Below, piece after piece: positions 1 through 9,670 of a stretch of 37,466 bases of DNA. The stretch is taken from positions 1 to 37,466 of the forward strand of contig JAZDIZ010000170.1 in assembly GCA_043804515.1 (NCBI GenBank). Direction: 5' to 3'. This DNA comes from Pseudomonadota bacterium. Lineage in GTDB: Bacteria > Bdellovibrionota_G > JALEGL01 > DATDPG01. Below the pieces are notes generated by a model. The model worked only from the letters and a program-made list of their open reading frames with translations, was not told the DNA's origin and ran no database searches. The position numbers and the translations under genes are program-made. Every line of letters begins with the position of its first letter. Position 1 is the stretch's first letter.

Positions 1-496
1 GGGAGACCCTAACATCTGTTTTCTGACGCGTTCTTTGGGGTCTCAGAACCGTGATTACGGTCCGAAATTGAGGGTTTTCGCGAAAGAAGCGATTACGCGT
101 CACCAGCGGTAAATAGGCGCGGCATAAGGGCTTTGTAGAGATTGAGGCTTTGGTTCCAAACAATCCGGGCTCGGGTCAGTCAAGAAAAAAAGATAGAAAA
201 AATCACTCTCGTTCATTATTTTTCCACAACGTTCCGCGATTTTTTCAACAACCTTACCGGTAAGGTTGCCCGACGAATCTCCCCTCTAAACAACCGCTGA
301 GACTTCTGGGGGTCGTCGGCCGACCGACGAGAGGTCGCCGACTCCGTCCACCATCACCTGCTCCCAATCCATCTCCCCCTAAACAACTTCTGACATTCCT
401 TCCGAAAATTCCAAGGTCCATTGTCAAAACTGGTTCGATCCTAAAGATCGGATTTTTCAGCAACCTGCTAATTGGTCCCGGGCATTCACCCGGCTG

Positions 497-1615
497 TCAC
501 GGACGGAGGAAATAGTTTTCGGGGGCGTTGCGCCCGCTTCTCCGGATGAACAGGCGGTCTTCGGCCGGGATTCCCAGCAATGTCTGGAACATGTCGGTGA
601 CGATCGGCCGCGAGGCGTAATAACTGTGGCCCAAGGCGTCCCCGCCGATCTCACCCACGTTGATGACATCCACACCGGGCATCGTTTCGCAGGCCCCTAA
701 TCTCAGATCTTCGTTGTAGGCCTGGGAAGCCGAGATCGCCCTGTCGTTATAGGAACAATAGACGGTGACACGCTCGGCCACCTTCTTGAACTTGGGCAGA
801 AGATCGTGAAATTCGTCCTGGCCGATGTCCGGAGCGTTCAGGATCAGCTCCCCGAACAACCGATGCCCCTCGGGAGGCGTCAGACGCGCCAACGCAGGAA
901 TCACGACCTGATGCCCCATCGAGTGAACCAGGACGTGGATCTTGAGATTCAGCGCGTCGACAGCCTTGAGAAACGTCACGAATGGTTCCACGCTCCGCCG
1001 GGCGTACGTTTGGTTCAGGTCGTAGATCTTGCTGACGAGCGCGCTGGATACAAGACCTGACTCCGCCCCCGCGGGCCAGGAAAAGAGAATGACGTTCCCC
1101 TGGAATTTGAGGTCGTACGCGATCTGCGCGGCCCGAAAAACAGCCTCCTCGAAGCGCACGTTGAATCCGTGAACGAAGAGCAAAAAATCCGCCGGCGGGA
1201 GCCCCTGCAGCGTTCCCAGGAAGTTCGCCTCGTCCAGCTCCGTGTGGGAAACGGCCCGGAAAAATCTGTCCGGGTCGCCTCCGGGGCCCTTTTCGATCTG
1301 CCCCACGGCGTGCTTCTTCGGCACGCTGATTCCGCAAACACCGTAGGAGAGCTGCGTTCCCAACCGGATTCCGAACGCCCGGTCGTTGCAGGCTTCGGTC
1401 TCATTAAGAAGGTTTCGATTTGTGACGTAGTAAATGGGGATCCGGCGCGTTTCCGAATACGGCTCCGCAAAGAGCGCTTTGAATTCCGCCCGAAGCGAAT
1501 CGGATCCGAAGAGGCGATAGACGGGCTTCGACACCTGGGGCGGCTGAGCCTTGTGACCGCAGGAATAGACGCCCAATAGAAGCAGGGCGACAGCCGCAGT
1601 TCGCCTTATGGACAT
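497..1615 (-). CDS. DUF900-family alpha/beta hydrolase lipoprotein
   Basis: YYVTNR, FVHGFN, FSWP and nucleophile elbow VHSMG motifs; lipobox LLGVYSC. Start moved to ATG 1615 because the ORF-track extension runs through the repeat element. Confidence 0.88.
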   Translation of the reverse strand: MSIRRTAAVALLLLGVYSCGHKAQPPQVSKPVYRLFGSDSLRAEFKALFAEPYSETRRIPIYYVTNRNLLNETEACNDRAFGIRLGTQLSYGVCGISVPKKHAVGQIEKGPGGDPDRFFRAVSHTELDEANFLGTLQGLPPADFLLFVHGFNVRFEEAVFRAAQIAYDLKFQGNVILFSWPAGAESGLVSSALVSKIYDLNQTYARRSVEPFVTFLKAVDALNLKIHVLVHSMGHQVVIPALARLTPPEGHRLFGELILNAPDIGQDEFHDLLPKFKKVAERVTVYCSYNDRAISASQAYNEDLRLGACETMPGVDVINVGEIGGDALGHSYYASRPIVTDMFQTLLGIPAEDRLFIRRSGRNAPENYFLRP

Positions 1616-1621
1616 CTTCCA

Positions 1622-1758
1622 GGGACACGTACCACCGGAAATTGGGGACACGTACCAAATTCACCAAAATATGCTGATTTTTCACCTTTTATAGAAATTG
1701 GGGACACGTACCTATTCTTCGGAAGGGGTTTCCCGAAATTCGTACGTGTCCCCATTTT
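1622..1758. repeat. GGGAC element, variant A cluster (three forward copies and one inverted copy)
   Basis: GGGACACGTACC at 1622-1633; AATTGGGGACACGTACC at 1640-1656 and 1696-1712; inverted AATTCGTACGTGTCCCCATTTT at 1737-1758. Confidence 0.9.
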
Positions 1759-1777
1759 TGCGTAAGCTGTGACGCAT

Positions 1778-2284
1778 ATGCCATCGAACCCTAAGGATCT
1801 TGAGCTCCGGCCGTTTCAGATCCTGGACAAGGAATGGGCGCTTCTGGTTTCGGGACACGAGAAACCGAATCCCATGACCGTATCCTGGGGCGGGTTCGGT
1901 ACCCTCTGGAACAAACCCACGGTGACCGTGTACATCCGGCCGACGCGATACACACACAAGCTTCTCGACCAGTCCAAGGAGTTCACGCTGAACTTTTTCG
2001 AGGAGCGCTTCCGGGAGGCGATGGACCTGTGCGGCTCCCAGAGCGGGCGGGACATCGATAAATGGAAAGCCACAGGGCTTCACACGGTGGCCGGCGAGAC
2101 GGTCGCCGTCCCGCGGATCCAGGAAGCGAATTTATCGTTCGAGTGCCGCGTGATGGCCTATCAGGATTTCGACCCGGAGAAGTTCGTCCGGCCCGAGGTG
2201 CACGAGATCTATCCTCAAAAGGACTACCACAGGATTTACTGGGGCGAGGTCCTCGGGATTTTCTCGGAAAGGAAGGCATCGTGA
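1778..2284 (+). CDS. Flavin reductase family (flavoredoxin-like) protein
   Basis: NPMTVSWGGFG, VYIRPTRYT, EFTLNF, CGSQSGRDIDK, ECRV and H-x-IYWGEV motifs. Confidence 0.9.
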   Translation: MPSNPKDLELRPFQILDKEWALLVSGHEKPNPMTVSWGGFGTLWNKPTVTVYIRPTRYTHKLLDQSKEFTLNFFEERFREAMDLCGSQSGRDIDKWKATGLHTVAGETVAVPRIQEANLSFECRVMAYQDFDPEKFVRPEVHEIYPQKDYHRIYWGEVLGIFSERKAS

Positions 2285-3735
2285 GAAAGATCCGCCTCCC
2301 CTTCTGTTTCCTGCTCTTATTTCCGCTCTCCGTCGCGCCCCTTGCGTGCAGTTCCGGAGGAGGTACCGGCCCTGCCCCTTCCACACCGACGATCACGGCC
2401 GTCTCCCCGGTCGATTACACGCACGTAGACGTTACGTTTTCCGTCAGCATGGACAAAACTTCGGCTGAAACGCTGAGCAATTACACTCTCTCGCCGCAAA
2501 CGCCCACCGGTCAGGGATTCTCGGCAGCGTCTCCGAACACCTCGGACAAGACCGTCGTCCGTCTCACGACGGCGGTTCCCCTCCTTCCCATGCAATACAC
2601 TGCGACCATCAACAACGTGACGAGCGACGCCGGTGTCGCCCTTCCGGCGAACACCACGGCACAATTCACGGGAAATGGAAAAGTGGTCTTTGCGACCGAC
2701 GCGATAAAGACCGGAGACCTCACGGCTTGGGATAACGCCGGCGGAGCGACGACAGGTTTGGCCGCGGCCGACAACGTCTGTCAGGCCGAGGCCACGGCCG
2801 CCGGCTTGGTCGGAACGTTCAAAGCGTGGCTGTCCGACAGCTCCACCGATGCGAAAGACCGGATCGGCCCGAATTCGACAGGATGGATCCGGACGGACGG
2901 TTACACGTTCACAACCAGCCTCACCGACCTGATCACGTCGCCGTTCAAGGCGTATGTGCCGATCGATCGAAAGGCCGACGGCACGCGGGTCGGCTTCGAC
3001 CACGCCTGGACATACACGCAGGAGGACGGAACGAAGGGATCGACCGGTGACGATTGCGCGGATTGGACAAACGGCGTGTCCGTCCCAGCTAACGTCCTGG
3101 TCGGAAGCACGGCCAGCACTTATGGACAGTGGACCAATTATGGGCCGGATTCGTTCAGGTCATGCAACGAGTCCGCCCGACTGCATTGCTTTCAAACGGG
3201 CAATGACGGCCCGGCGGTTCCGTCGTACCAAGTCACGGGGAAGAAGGTTTTCGTCACCAGCGCGACCGGCAAGGGACGCCTGCAGGATTGGTTGGAGTCC
3301 GATGGAAATACGGGTGTCCCGGCAGGAGACTCGATTTGCCAAACACTCGCAGATGGACATCTGGATAATCCCACTAAGTTTAAAGCGTGGCTCTCTTCAG
3401 CCACCGAAAACGCCATCGACCGTCTTACCTACGACGGCGTTTGGACGCTGGTCAACGGCGTGAAGATCGCGAGCAACAAAGACGAACTCGTGAGCGGCCA
3501 GATTTTCTCCCCCATCGTTCTGAATGAAGAGGGCGCCGTCACCGCAGGGCGGGTATGGACGGGAACCGACGAGCATGGCCAAACGGTTGCAACCTACAGA
3601 TGCGATAACTGGACGAACGACGGTGCCGTCCTGGGAAATTCGGGCAATTCAAACAACGCCGGTCCGAAATGGACCGTATTCACCGACTCCGGCTGCGAGG
3701 CGGAGAACGCGCTTTATTGTTTCGAGGCCGAGTGA
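2281..3735 (+). CDS. Lipoprotein with an Ig-like domain and two DUF1554/endostatin-like domains
   Basis: GTG start overlaps the upstream TGA (GTGA); lipobox PLAC-SSGGG; two copies of (A/G)D..CQ..A...FKAWLS...WT.T...C..WT...C.....L.CF. Confidence 0.75.
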   Translation: MRKIRLPFCFLLLFPLSVAPLACSSGGGTGPAPSTPTITAVSPVDYTHVDVTFSVSMDKTSAETLSNYTLSPQTPTGQGFSAASPNTSDKTVVRLTTAVPLLPMQYTATINNVTSDAGVALPANTTAQFTGNGKVVFATDAIKTGDLTAWDNAGGATTGLAAADNVCQAEATAAGLVGTFKAWLSDSSTDAKDRIGPNSTGWIRTDGYTFTTSLTDLITSPFKAYVPIDRKADGTRVGFDHAWTYTQEDGTKGSTGDDCADWTNGVSVPANVLVGSTASTYGQWTNYGPDSFRSCNESARLHCFQTGNDGPAVPSYQVTGKKVFVTSATGKGRLQDWLESDGNTGVPAGDSICQTLADGHLDNPTKFKAWLSSATENAIDRLTYDGVWTLVNGVKIASNKDELVSGQIFSPIVLNEEGAVTAGRVWTGTDEHGQTVATYRCDNWTNDGAVLGNSGNSNNAGPKWTVFTDSGCEAENALYCFEAE

Positions 3736-3754
3736 CCGCGGCTAAACGGTCTCG

Positions 3755-4633
3755 TCAACCCCGGTCCGTGAGATACACGCCGCCGAACACGAGCGCCGAA
3801 CCCAGGATCAGGTTCACGCCGATCGTTTCACCCAGATAGAAGGCGGCTACGACGGCCGTCATCGGCGGGACCGTATAGAGATACACCCCCACCTTTTGAG
3901 ATTCGGTGTGCCGGAGGGCCATGAAATACAAAAGCGTCGCCAGAAAACCGCACGCCGCTCCCAGAAAAACGATGGCCCACCAGGCGGCCGCGTCGATGTG
4001 CGACAACGTCATTCCCCGTTGCGCCAGCTCCGTCCAACCGACGGGAATCATCCAGATCGCCCCCAGCGTCGTCGTTACCGTCGTGAACGTGAACGCGCCC
4101 AACTGGTCCGTCATTTTCTTTCCGAAGACCGTGAAGGCTCCCCACATCACCAGGCTGGCCAAGACCAGAAGGTCGCCCCAAAGATGCGCCTGGAATTGGA
4201 ACTTCAGGAGCGTGTCCAGGCCCATCACGGTGAGAACGCCGGCGATGGCCAGAATCACGCCGACCGCTTTCCTTCCGGTGATCCGTTCTTTGAGAAAGAG
4301 CGCGCCCAAGAGAACGATCGTGACCGGTCCGGTCACGGCATAGAGCGAGGCGTTGGACGCCGTCGTGTACTGGAGGCCGATCGTCTGGACGGCGTAATGC
4401 CCCATCCCCACAACGCTGAGAAGCAGAAGCTCCGCCCACCAGGACACGCCTCCCGTTCGGATCGCCGTCCGCCGGACGAGACACCAACCCAGGAAAAAAA
4501 GTGCGGCCACGACCAGGCGGAGCGAGGCCACCGTCAACGGCGGCGTGGAGCGAAGCGCCACCTTCGTTGCAATGAACGAAATCGCCCAAAGGAAGCAGGC
4601 GATCAAGAGCAGAATTTTCCATTTCGCGCGCAT
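3755..4633 (-). CDS. DMT/EamA family transporter
   Basis: About 10 hydrophobic helices in two EamA repeats (GLQYTTASNA, FLKER, YLGE). Confidence 0.92.
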   Translation of the reverse strand: MRAKWKILLLIACFLWAISFIATKVALRSTPPLTVASLRLVVAALFFLGWCLVRRTAIRTGGVSWWAELLLLSVVGMGHYAVQTIGLQYTTASNASLYAVTGPVTIVLLGALFLKERITGRKAVGVILAIAGVLTVMGLDTLLKFQFQAHLWGDLLVLASLVMWGAFTVFGKKMTDQLGAFTFTTVTTTLGAIWMIPVGWTELAQRGMTLSHIDAAAWWAIVFLGAACGFLATLLYFMALRHTESQKVGVYLYTVPPMTAVVAAFYLGETIGVNLILGSALVFGGVYLTDRG

Positions 4634-4648
4634 GTCTTTGCCGGTTGC

Positions 4649-5431
4649 CTATGTGCCCGACAAATCCATTTCCACCATCCGGATCGTCCAGAAGTCGGCG
4701 GCCAGATCGGCGTGGACAAGATACGCGTAGGGCATGAGACAATAGCCTTCCAAGCCCCACGCAGGTCCCCACGAATTCCGGACGATGAAGTACCGGCCGG
4801 CGTCGGCGTAGCCCACGGTCATCACGGCGTGGCCGCCCAGCATGGCCTCATCGCCGGACGGCATCGAGACCTTTCCGGTTCGCGCCGTCGCTGCCGATTC
4901 AAAACTTTCGTAGACGGAAAAACCGAAGACAAAGGGATACCCCGACGCCAGGCACCCTTTCATTTGCTCGATCGACTGCGGCAGGCGCCGGTAGGAAACC
5001 ACCTGATGCTCCAGCGCGTGTTTGTAGCAACGTGCAGGCGGCTTTTGCGCGAATCGGGGAATCAAGTACGGCCACTCCGTCTCGGGGCATGTCCCCTGTT
5101 TTACGACGCTCTTGATTCCGTCCCGGAGCATCGCCCCGCGGTCCTCGTCGACGGAGTGCTCGATCACGCGCTCGTTGTAGTAGATGAAAAGGCGCGAAGG
5201 CAGGAACGCGGTCTTCGCGTCCTGTTTGATCTGCTCGAATTCGTGAGCCGCGGCGACAGCGTTCGCCGTGCAACTTCCCAACCGGCCCTGGTTATAGACG
5301 GGTGGGCACGCCCCCCGCAGGTCGCTCTGTGCGGGCAATTTCCGGAGTACGGCCGGCGGTGCGGCGTAGGCGAAATCCCTCTGGTCGGGCAGATCCGGAA
5401 TCCAGCCGTATTTCCTGGTGGCTCGGGGCAT
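4649..5431 (-). CDS. Papain-like C1 family cysteine peptidase (xylellain-like)
   Basis: YGWIPDLPDQRD N-terminus, QGRLGSCTANA (catalytic Cys), GGHAV (His), RNSWG (Asn). Start could lie up to 5482. Confidence 0.93.
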   Translation of the reverse strand: MPRATRKYGWIPDLPDQRDFAYAAPPAVLRKLPAQSDLRGACPPVYNQGRLGSCTANAVAAAHEFEQIKQDAKTAFLPSRLFIYYNERVIEHSVDEDRGAMLRDGIKSVVKQGTCPETEWPYLIPRFAQKPPARCYKHALEHQVVSYRRLPQSIEQMKGCLASGYPFVFGFSVYESFESAATARTGKVSMPSGDEAMLGGHAVMTVGYADAGRYFIVRNSWGPAWGLEGYCLMPYAYLVHADLAADFWTIRMVEMDLSGT

Positions 5432-5516
5432 GGCGACATCTTTCCAGGGCGTCACCATACCCGAAACCTTCGAACGGGGCACATGTCACGGGGGCCCAAC
5501 TCTTACCGGATGTCCA

Positions 5517-6539
5517 TCAGCGTTTCGCCGGCGTCTTTGCGAAAAGCACGTACGTATCCAAAACAAGGAACCCCCCGAATCCGAAAACCAGAAAGTAGGG
5601 CCACATCATGGAAGGCGGTCCCGCGTTCCTGGCAGCCGCCAGTTGTTCCGCGTACGTCTCCTGGCCCAAAGCGCAATTGAGAAAAGGCTGTAAGTAGTTC
5701 CTTATCGGGAGGAGCGCGATAAAGGCTTCCGGGATAATCCTGCTCTTAATGGCTCCTGCTGGTTCCTTGCCTTTGAGCTGATGATTCAGAAAGGCCACGA
5801 TGACATCGGAGCAAATCAAGACCGCACCCAACGAGCCCACGGCCAACTGCCGGAATTTTTTCGGATCCCGTTCTCTGCAGGTCTTGAGGTTCTCCCTGAT
5901 TTCTCTGACCCGTTCCGCGCGCTTGGAGAATTCACCCGATATTGAAAGCTGCAAAGCAAGCGTGAGCCGGGACAGCGTGGACGAGAGCGCCGCACCGAAC
6001 GCAGTGTCGGACACAACATTCCGGATCCAGGCATCCTTCGCTTCTCTGCTCGCCTCGATCTGCGCCGTCAGGCCGTACTGCGTGTACAACCTCGTCAACT
6101 CTATATTTGCCGTTGCCACGGCGGCCGCAACCTCCGGGGACATGGCAGGCGCAGGCCGGCTGTGGAGGCGCCCAACGTTGGTCTGAATGCGTTGAACCGC
6201 CGCGGCCACGGCCGCCGTCGTCACCAGCGCAAGGCCTTGCTGTATTTCCGTGGCCCGAACGCCGGCGCCCTTCATCACTTCCCAGGTACGCCGAGAGACA
6301 TCGTTGAATGCATATTGCATGGCGCGGTCGGCGGGGATTCCCCGCTGCATGTACGAAATCGTCAATACGGCCGTGGAGATCGTCGCGCCGCCGGCGATCA
6401 CGAGGGCGAAGCCCATGCCGACTGCGGCATCATCGATACCCGTTACCGCCCGAGCCTCCGGCACGCTGACCGGGACGGCCGGCGTCAGCGCGATCGTTAC
6501 AGCCAAAAGGAAGGCCACCAGTCCGCAATGCTTCTTCAT
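5517..6539 (-). CDS. Hypothetical exported/membrane protein
   Basis: Signal-like MKKHCGLVAFLLAVTIAL, Ala-rich helices, hydrophobic C-terminal segment; family not recognised. Confidence 0.6.
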   Translation of the reverse strand: MKKHCGLVAFLLAVTIALTPAVPVSVPEARAVTGIDDAAVGMGFALVIAGGATISTAVLTISYMQRGIPADRAMQYAFNDVSRRTWEVMKGAGVRATEIQQGLALVTTAAVAAAVQRIQTNVGRLHSRPAPAMSPEVAAAVATANIELTRLYTQYGLTAQIEASREAKDAWIRNVVSDTAFGAALSSTLSRLTLALQLSISGEFSKRAERVREIRENLKTCRERDPKKFRQLAVGSLGAVLICSDVIVAFLNHQLKGKEPAGAIKSRIIPEAFIALLPIRNYLQPFLNCALGQETYAEQLAAARNAGPPSMMWPYFLVFGFGGFLVLDTYVLFAKTPAKR

Positions 6540-6698
6540 TAGTATTGATTTCCCTAAAAGATTACGCAGCGCGCTATATCCCACGGTCCGGGTCGAATCA
6601 ATTTTTTCCCTAAACAGCCCGGGAACAAAGGCTGGAATGTGGGCGGAACCGAAGTTCGACATATCTTTCGGCATCCTCGATCGCTTATAATCTCGGTC

Positions 6699-7295
6699 AT
6701 GAAAATCCGCACATGGATGCAAGTGTTCGTCGTTTTTTCGGCTCTTCTCGCTCTGACTTCTTGTGGATCGGGTGGCGACGCCAATACCTCCGATCTCACC
6801 ACCGCCGAGATAACGTCGCTAAGTTCCGATCTCTCGACCGGAATGACGGCGGCCATGGCGAACTTTGGAAATATCGAGCCGGAAATAACCGCCCTCACGC
6901 GCAACGCGACGAGGGACATCGTGATCAGATGGGTCCTGAGCGGCGAGCAGGCATGCCAGTTGGGGGGCCACATTACGTGGTCAGGCAACGTAACGGCAGT
7001 GGGGACGGAAACTTCCGCGAGCGTCACCGGCCAGGTCACGTTTCAGATTAGCGACCTTACGAACAACCTGAACGATTGTGAGGTTGCACAAGACGTCATT
7101 GTGACCGGCACGCTGTACCTTATGTTCTCCGGCACCGAAGCGGGTGCGTCCGCGTCGTTGAACGGCACCATCAGCGTGAACTCCCACGGGCCAAGCGGCG
7201 GGCTCGTACCGCGAGGTTCGTGTTCCGTCAACCTTGCGGTCCAACGAGGCGCGACCAGGGCCACGGGCTCGGTCTGCGGCCAGGCCGTTTCATAA
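6699..7295 (+). CDS. Hypothetical lipoprotein
   Basis: Lipobox LALTSC-GSGG, beta-rich with four further Cys; TATAAT at 6686-6691. Confidence 0.75.
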   Translation: MKIRTWMQVFVVFSALLALTSCGSGGDANTSDLTTAEITSLSSDLSTGMTAAMANFGNIEPEITALTRNATRDIVIRWVLSGEQACQLGGHITWSGNVTAVGTETSASVTGQVTFQISDLTNNLNDCEVAQDVIVTGTLYLMFSGTEAGASASLNGTISVNSHGPSGGLVPRGSCSVNLAVQRGATRATGSVCGQAVS

Positions 7296-7383
7296 GCAGA
7301 GTTGGTCTTATATTCGCCCCCTTCGCGGGCTCCGGCACGCTTAAACCAGGCTTAGCCCGCTAGGGCGATTGGCAGCAGACCGC

Positions 7384-7662
7384 TTAGAAGACGATTGTCT
7401 TCTGTTCCCAGGCGAAAGCGTCGCACCCGAGAACGAACGTCGTGTGGCCCGAGTCCACGCACGTGATCTCGTACTTCAATCCGCCGGTCGTCGAGACGCG
7501 GTTGATCGTGACCTGCTTACACTCCCGGTTGAAAAGTGCGTTCTGCGACCCGCCTGTGCACGTCACGATGCCCTTCCCTTTTCCGATCTCCTCGGTTTCC
7601 AAGGCTTGGGCCGGACCCGCCAAGGCCCATAACGCCGCCGCAATGACAATCCCGATCTTCAT
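7384..7662 (-). CDS. Small secreted protein with four Cys
   Basis: GGAGG RBS before ATG 7662; signal peptide ending AQA. Confidence 0.65.
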   Translation of the reverse strand: MKIGIVIAAALWALAGPAQALETEEIGKGKGIVTCTGGSQNALFNRECKQVTINRVSTTGGLKYEITCVDSGHTTFVLGCDAFAWEQKTIVF

Positions 7663-7831
7663 GGCTTTGTCCTCCGCGATCAGCATAGCAGGCCGCGGAT
7701 TCGGAGCGAAACGATCGAGCTTTCCCGAATTCAAGGGCGCGTCTATCATTCGACGGCTGCGCGATGGCACACCTCGATTCCGATCCGAACATGATCGATC
7801 GCCGAATCCGCCTCGGTGAAGACCTATTCCT

Positions 7832-9535
7832 ATGGCCGCTCAAATGGGTTCTCTGGCGGAGTTAGGTCTCTTTTGGGCAGCCATGGCATTTGTCGTGGCT
7901 CCCGGTCTCTTCTGGGGCGGGATTTTGTTTCCCCGCAGAGACGCTTTGGAGCGCGCCGTGCTGGGAATCTCCTTCTCCCTGGCCGCATGGATTTATGGCG
8001 GCTTTTTATTGTCCTACTTCTCCCTGCGGCCGGTTCTTCCGGCGGGCGGAGCTTTCGCTCTGGCGGGAGCTTTTTTGTGGTGGCGGATTCGGGCTTCTCG
8101 CGCCATCTTCGCTCGTCCGGACGCGATCTCCATCGCGTTGGCGATCGCTCTTCTGATTACGGCGCTGTCCCGCTTCGGGATCACGTTCGTCCATCTTCTC
8201 CCGCCGGGGAAGGACCCGTCCTTTCATCTGATCCTTGTGGAAAAAATCGTGTTGGCGGGGAGGCAGATCACCGACTGGCGTCCGTTCGAGGACGTCTCGC
8301 TCAACTACCCGATCGGCACTCACGTCTTCATGGCGGAACTTTCCCGCGTGACCCGCCTTCCGCCGACCGCGATTTTCAAGTGGCTCTCGGCGTTCGTGGG
8401 CGTACTTTCCGTGGCTCAGACGTACGTTTTCACGTTGTCCCTGTTTCGGAGCCGGCCCGTAGCGCTCTGGGCGTCCGTCGCATTCGGCTGGTGGGCCATG
8501 CTGGGAAGTGTTGATTATTATGCCTGGGGAGGGCTTCCGAACCTTCTTGCGCTGGGGCTTTTCGTTTCCGCGTTCACGTTGATGCTTCCCCAAGCGAACC
8601 GGCCGTGTCCGGCCTGGATTCCTGGATTTTTCCTGGCCGCCGTGTGCTTCGCGCACCATCACGTCACGCTCACGGCCGTATTGATTCTCGGGGGTCTCGT
8701 CTTTCTCGCTCCGAAGCCCGTGTTTCGTGTCCTCTTTTGGTGGCTTGTTCTTGGAGGAGTTTATCTCGTCCCCTACGTCCTGCGCGCAGTGACCATCGGG
8801 GGAACCGGGGCTCTACAGGACCTGGACCCGGTCTTCGATTTCGCCCGGATCTTCTTTTTGGTCGGCCCTTTATATCTCGCCTCACTGGCCGGCGGTGGTT
8901 GGTTGCTTCGCAGGACTGAGCCGTCCGAAGCGGTCCGATGGTGGCTCGTCACTATAGTCGTATTGATCGTTGCGTTTTTATTCACGGATTACGGAGTCCG
9001 CGCGGTGAGTCTGGCATTCGCGGGACGTGAGATCGCTCCGCTGGTGCCGTCGCGTTTTCTTACGGACTGGATCATGATCGCGGCGCCGCTCGCCGGGCTC
9101 TCCATTGATGGGCTCCTGAGCCGAACGCGCATTCGCATCTTTCCGATGCTTTCACTCGCCTTCATCTTGGCCTTTTCCACGTATCCGGAATGGGTGCGCC
9201 TCAACCGGATGCGCACCAACGAGCCTTACTGGGAAGCTTTGCGATGGATCCGGGAGCACACGCCGCCGGACACGCTTGTGTTCAATCGGGGATCCTGGTG
9301 CGTTTACGGAAGCTGGCGCAGGTGCCTGGAGAGCCCCATGCCCTCGTCGGAGCCGTTGACTTTGGGAACGCCCAAACAGCGAATGTTTTGGGAAATCACG
9401 CACGGCCGCGTCCCGGAAGAGGCTGGCGCGGTGACGTGGGTCGGAATTTGGCGGACGCAGGACGTTCGAGGAAGGTGGCCGATTCTCTGGTCCCATCCCG
9501 AAGGAGCCTCCGTGGTCCGGTTTCACGGTCCGTAA
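7832..9535 (+). CDS. Polytopic membrane protein, probable GT-C-fold glycosyltransferase (DUF6541-like)
   Basis: More than 12 hydrophobic segments; loop motif PPGKDPSFH...NYPIGTH; C-terminal soluble ALRWIREHTP segment typical of GT-C proteins. Confidence 0.6.
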   Translation: MAAQMGSLAELGLFWAAMAFVVAPGLFWGGILFPRRDALERAVLGISFSLAAWIYGGFLLSYFSLRPVLPAGGAFALAGAFLWWRIRASRAIFARPDAISIALAIALLITALSRFGITFVHLLPPGKDPSFHLILVEKIVLAGRQITDWRPFEDVSLNYPIGTHVFMAELSRVTRLPPTAIFKWLSAFVGVLSVAQTYVFTLSLFRSRPVALWASVAFGWWAMLGSVDYYAWGGLPNLLALGLFVSAFTLMLPQANRPCPAWIPGFFLAAVCFAHHHVTLTAVLILGGLVFLAPKPVFRVLFWWLVLGGVYLVPYVLRAVTIGGTGALQDLDPVFDFARIFFLVGPLYLASLAGGGWLLRRTEPSEAVRWWLVTIVVLIVAFLFTDYGVRAVSLAFAGREIAPLVPSRFLTDWIMIAAPLAGLSIDGLLSRTRIRIFPMLSLAFILAFSTYPEWVRLNRMRTNEPYWEALRWIREHTPPDTLVFNRGSWCVYGSWRRCLESPMPSSEPLTLGTPKQRMFWEITHGRVPEEAGAVTWVGIWRTQDVRGRWPILWSHPEGASVVRFHGP

Positions 9536-9670
9536 TCTTCCTGCTTCCTCCGGCGGACCCGCTCCTGGTGCCGGCGAGCCTCCGGTGTCAGCCACGGCGC
9601 AGTGGATCGTGTTCTCTATTTGACTATCGGCGAAGGTGCGGTATGGAAAGGGTCTCCAGGGGGTACGCCG

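Noticed and set aside
1622..1758. CRISPR array formed by the GGGACACGTACC copies
   Set aside because: Repeats are short, irregularly spaced, partly inverted and dispersed across the window; no cas genes.
3896..5680. 594-aa plus-strand ORF (likewise 18501-19964, 13286-14389 and 14597-15562)
   Set aside because: Antisense shadows of well-supported minus-strand genes in GC-rich DNA; no recognisable motifs.
5517..6539. Polymorphic toxin, suggested by the TGIDDAA motif and hydrophobic helices
   Set aside because: The motif is too short, and there is no recognisable toxin domain or adjacent immunity-like gene.
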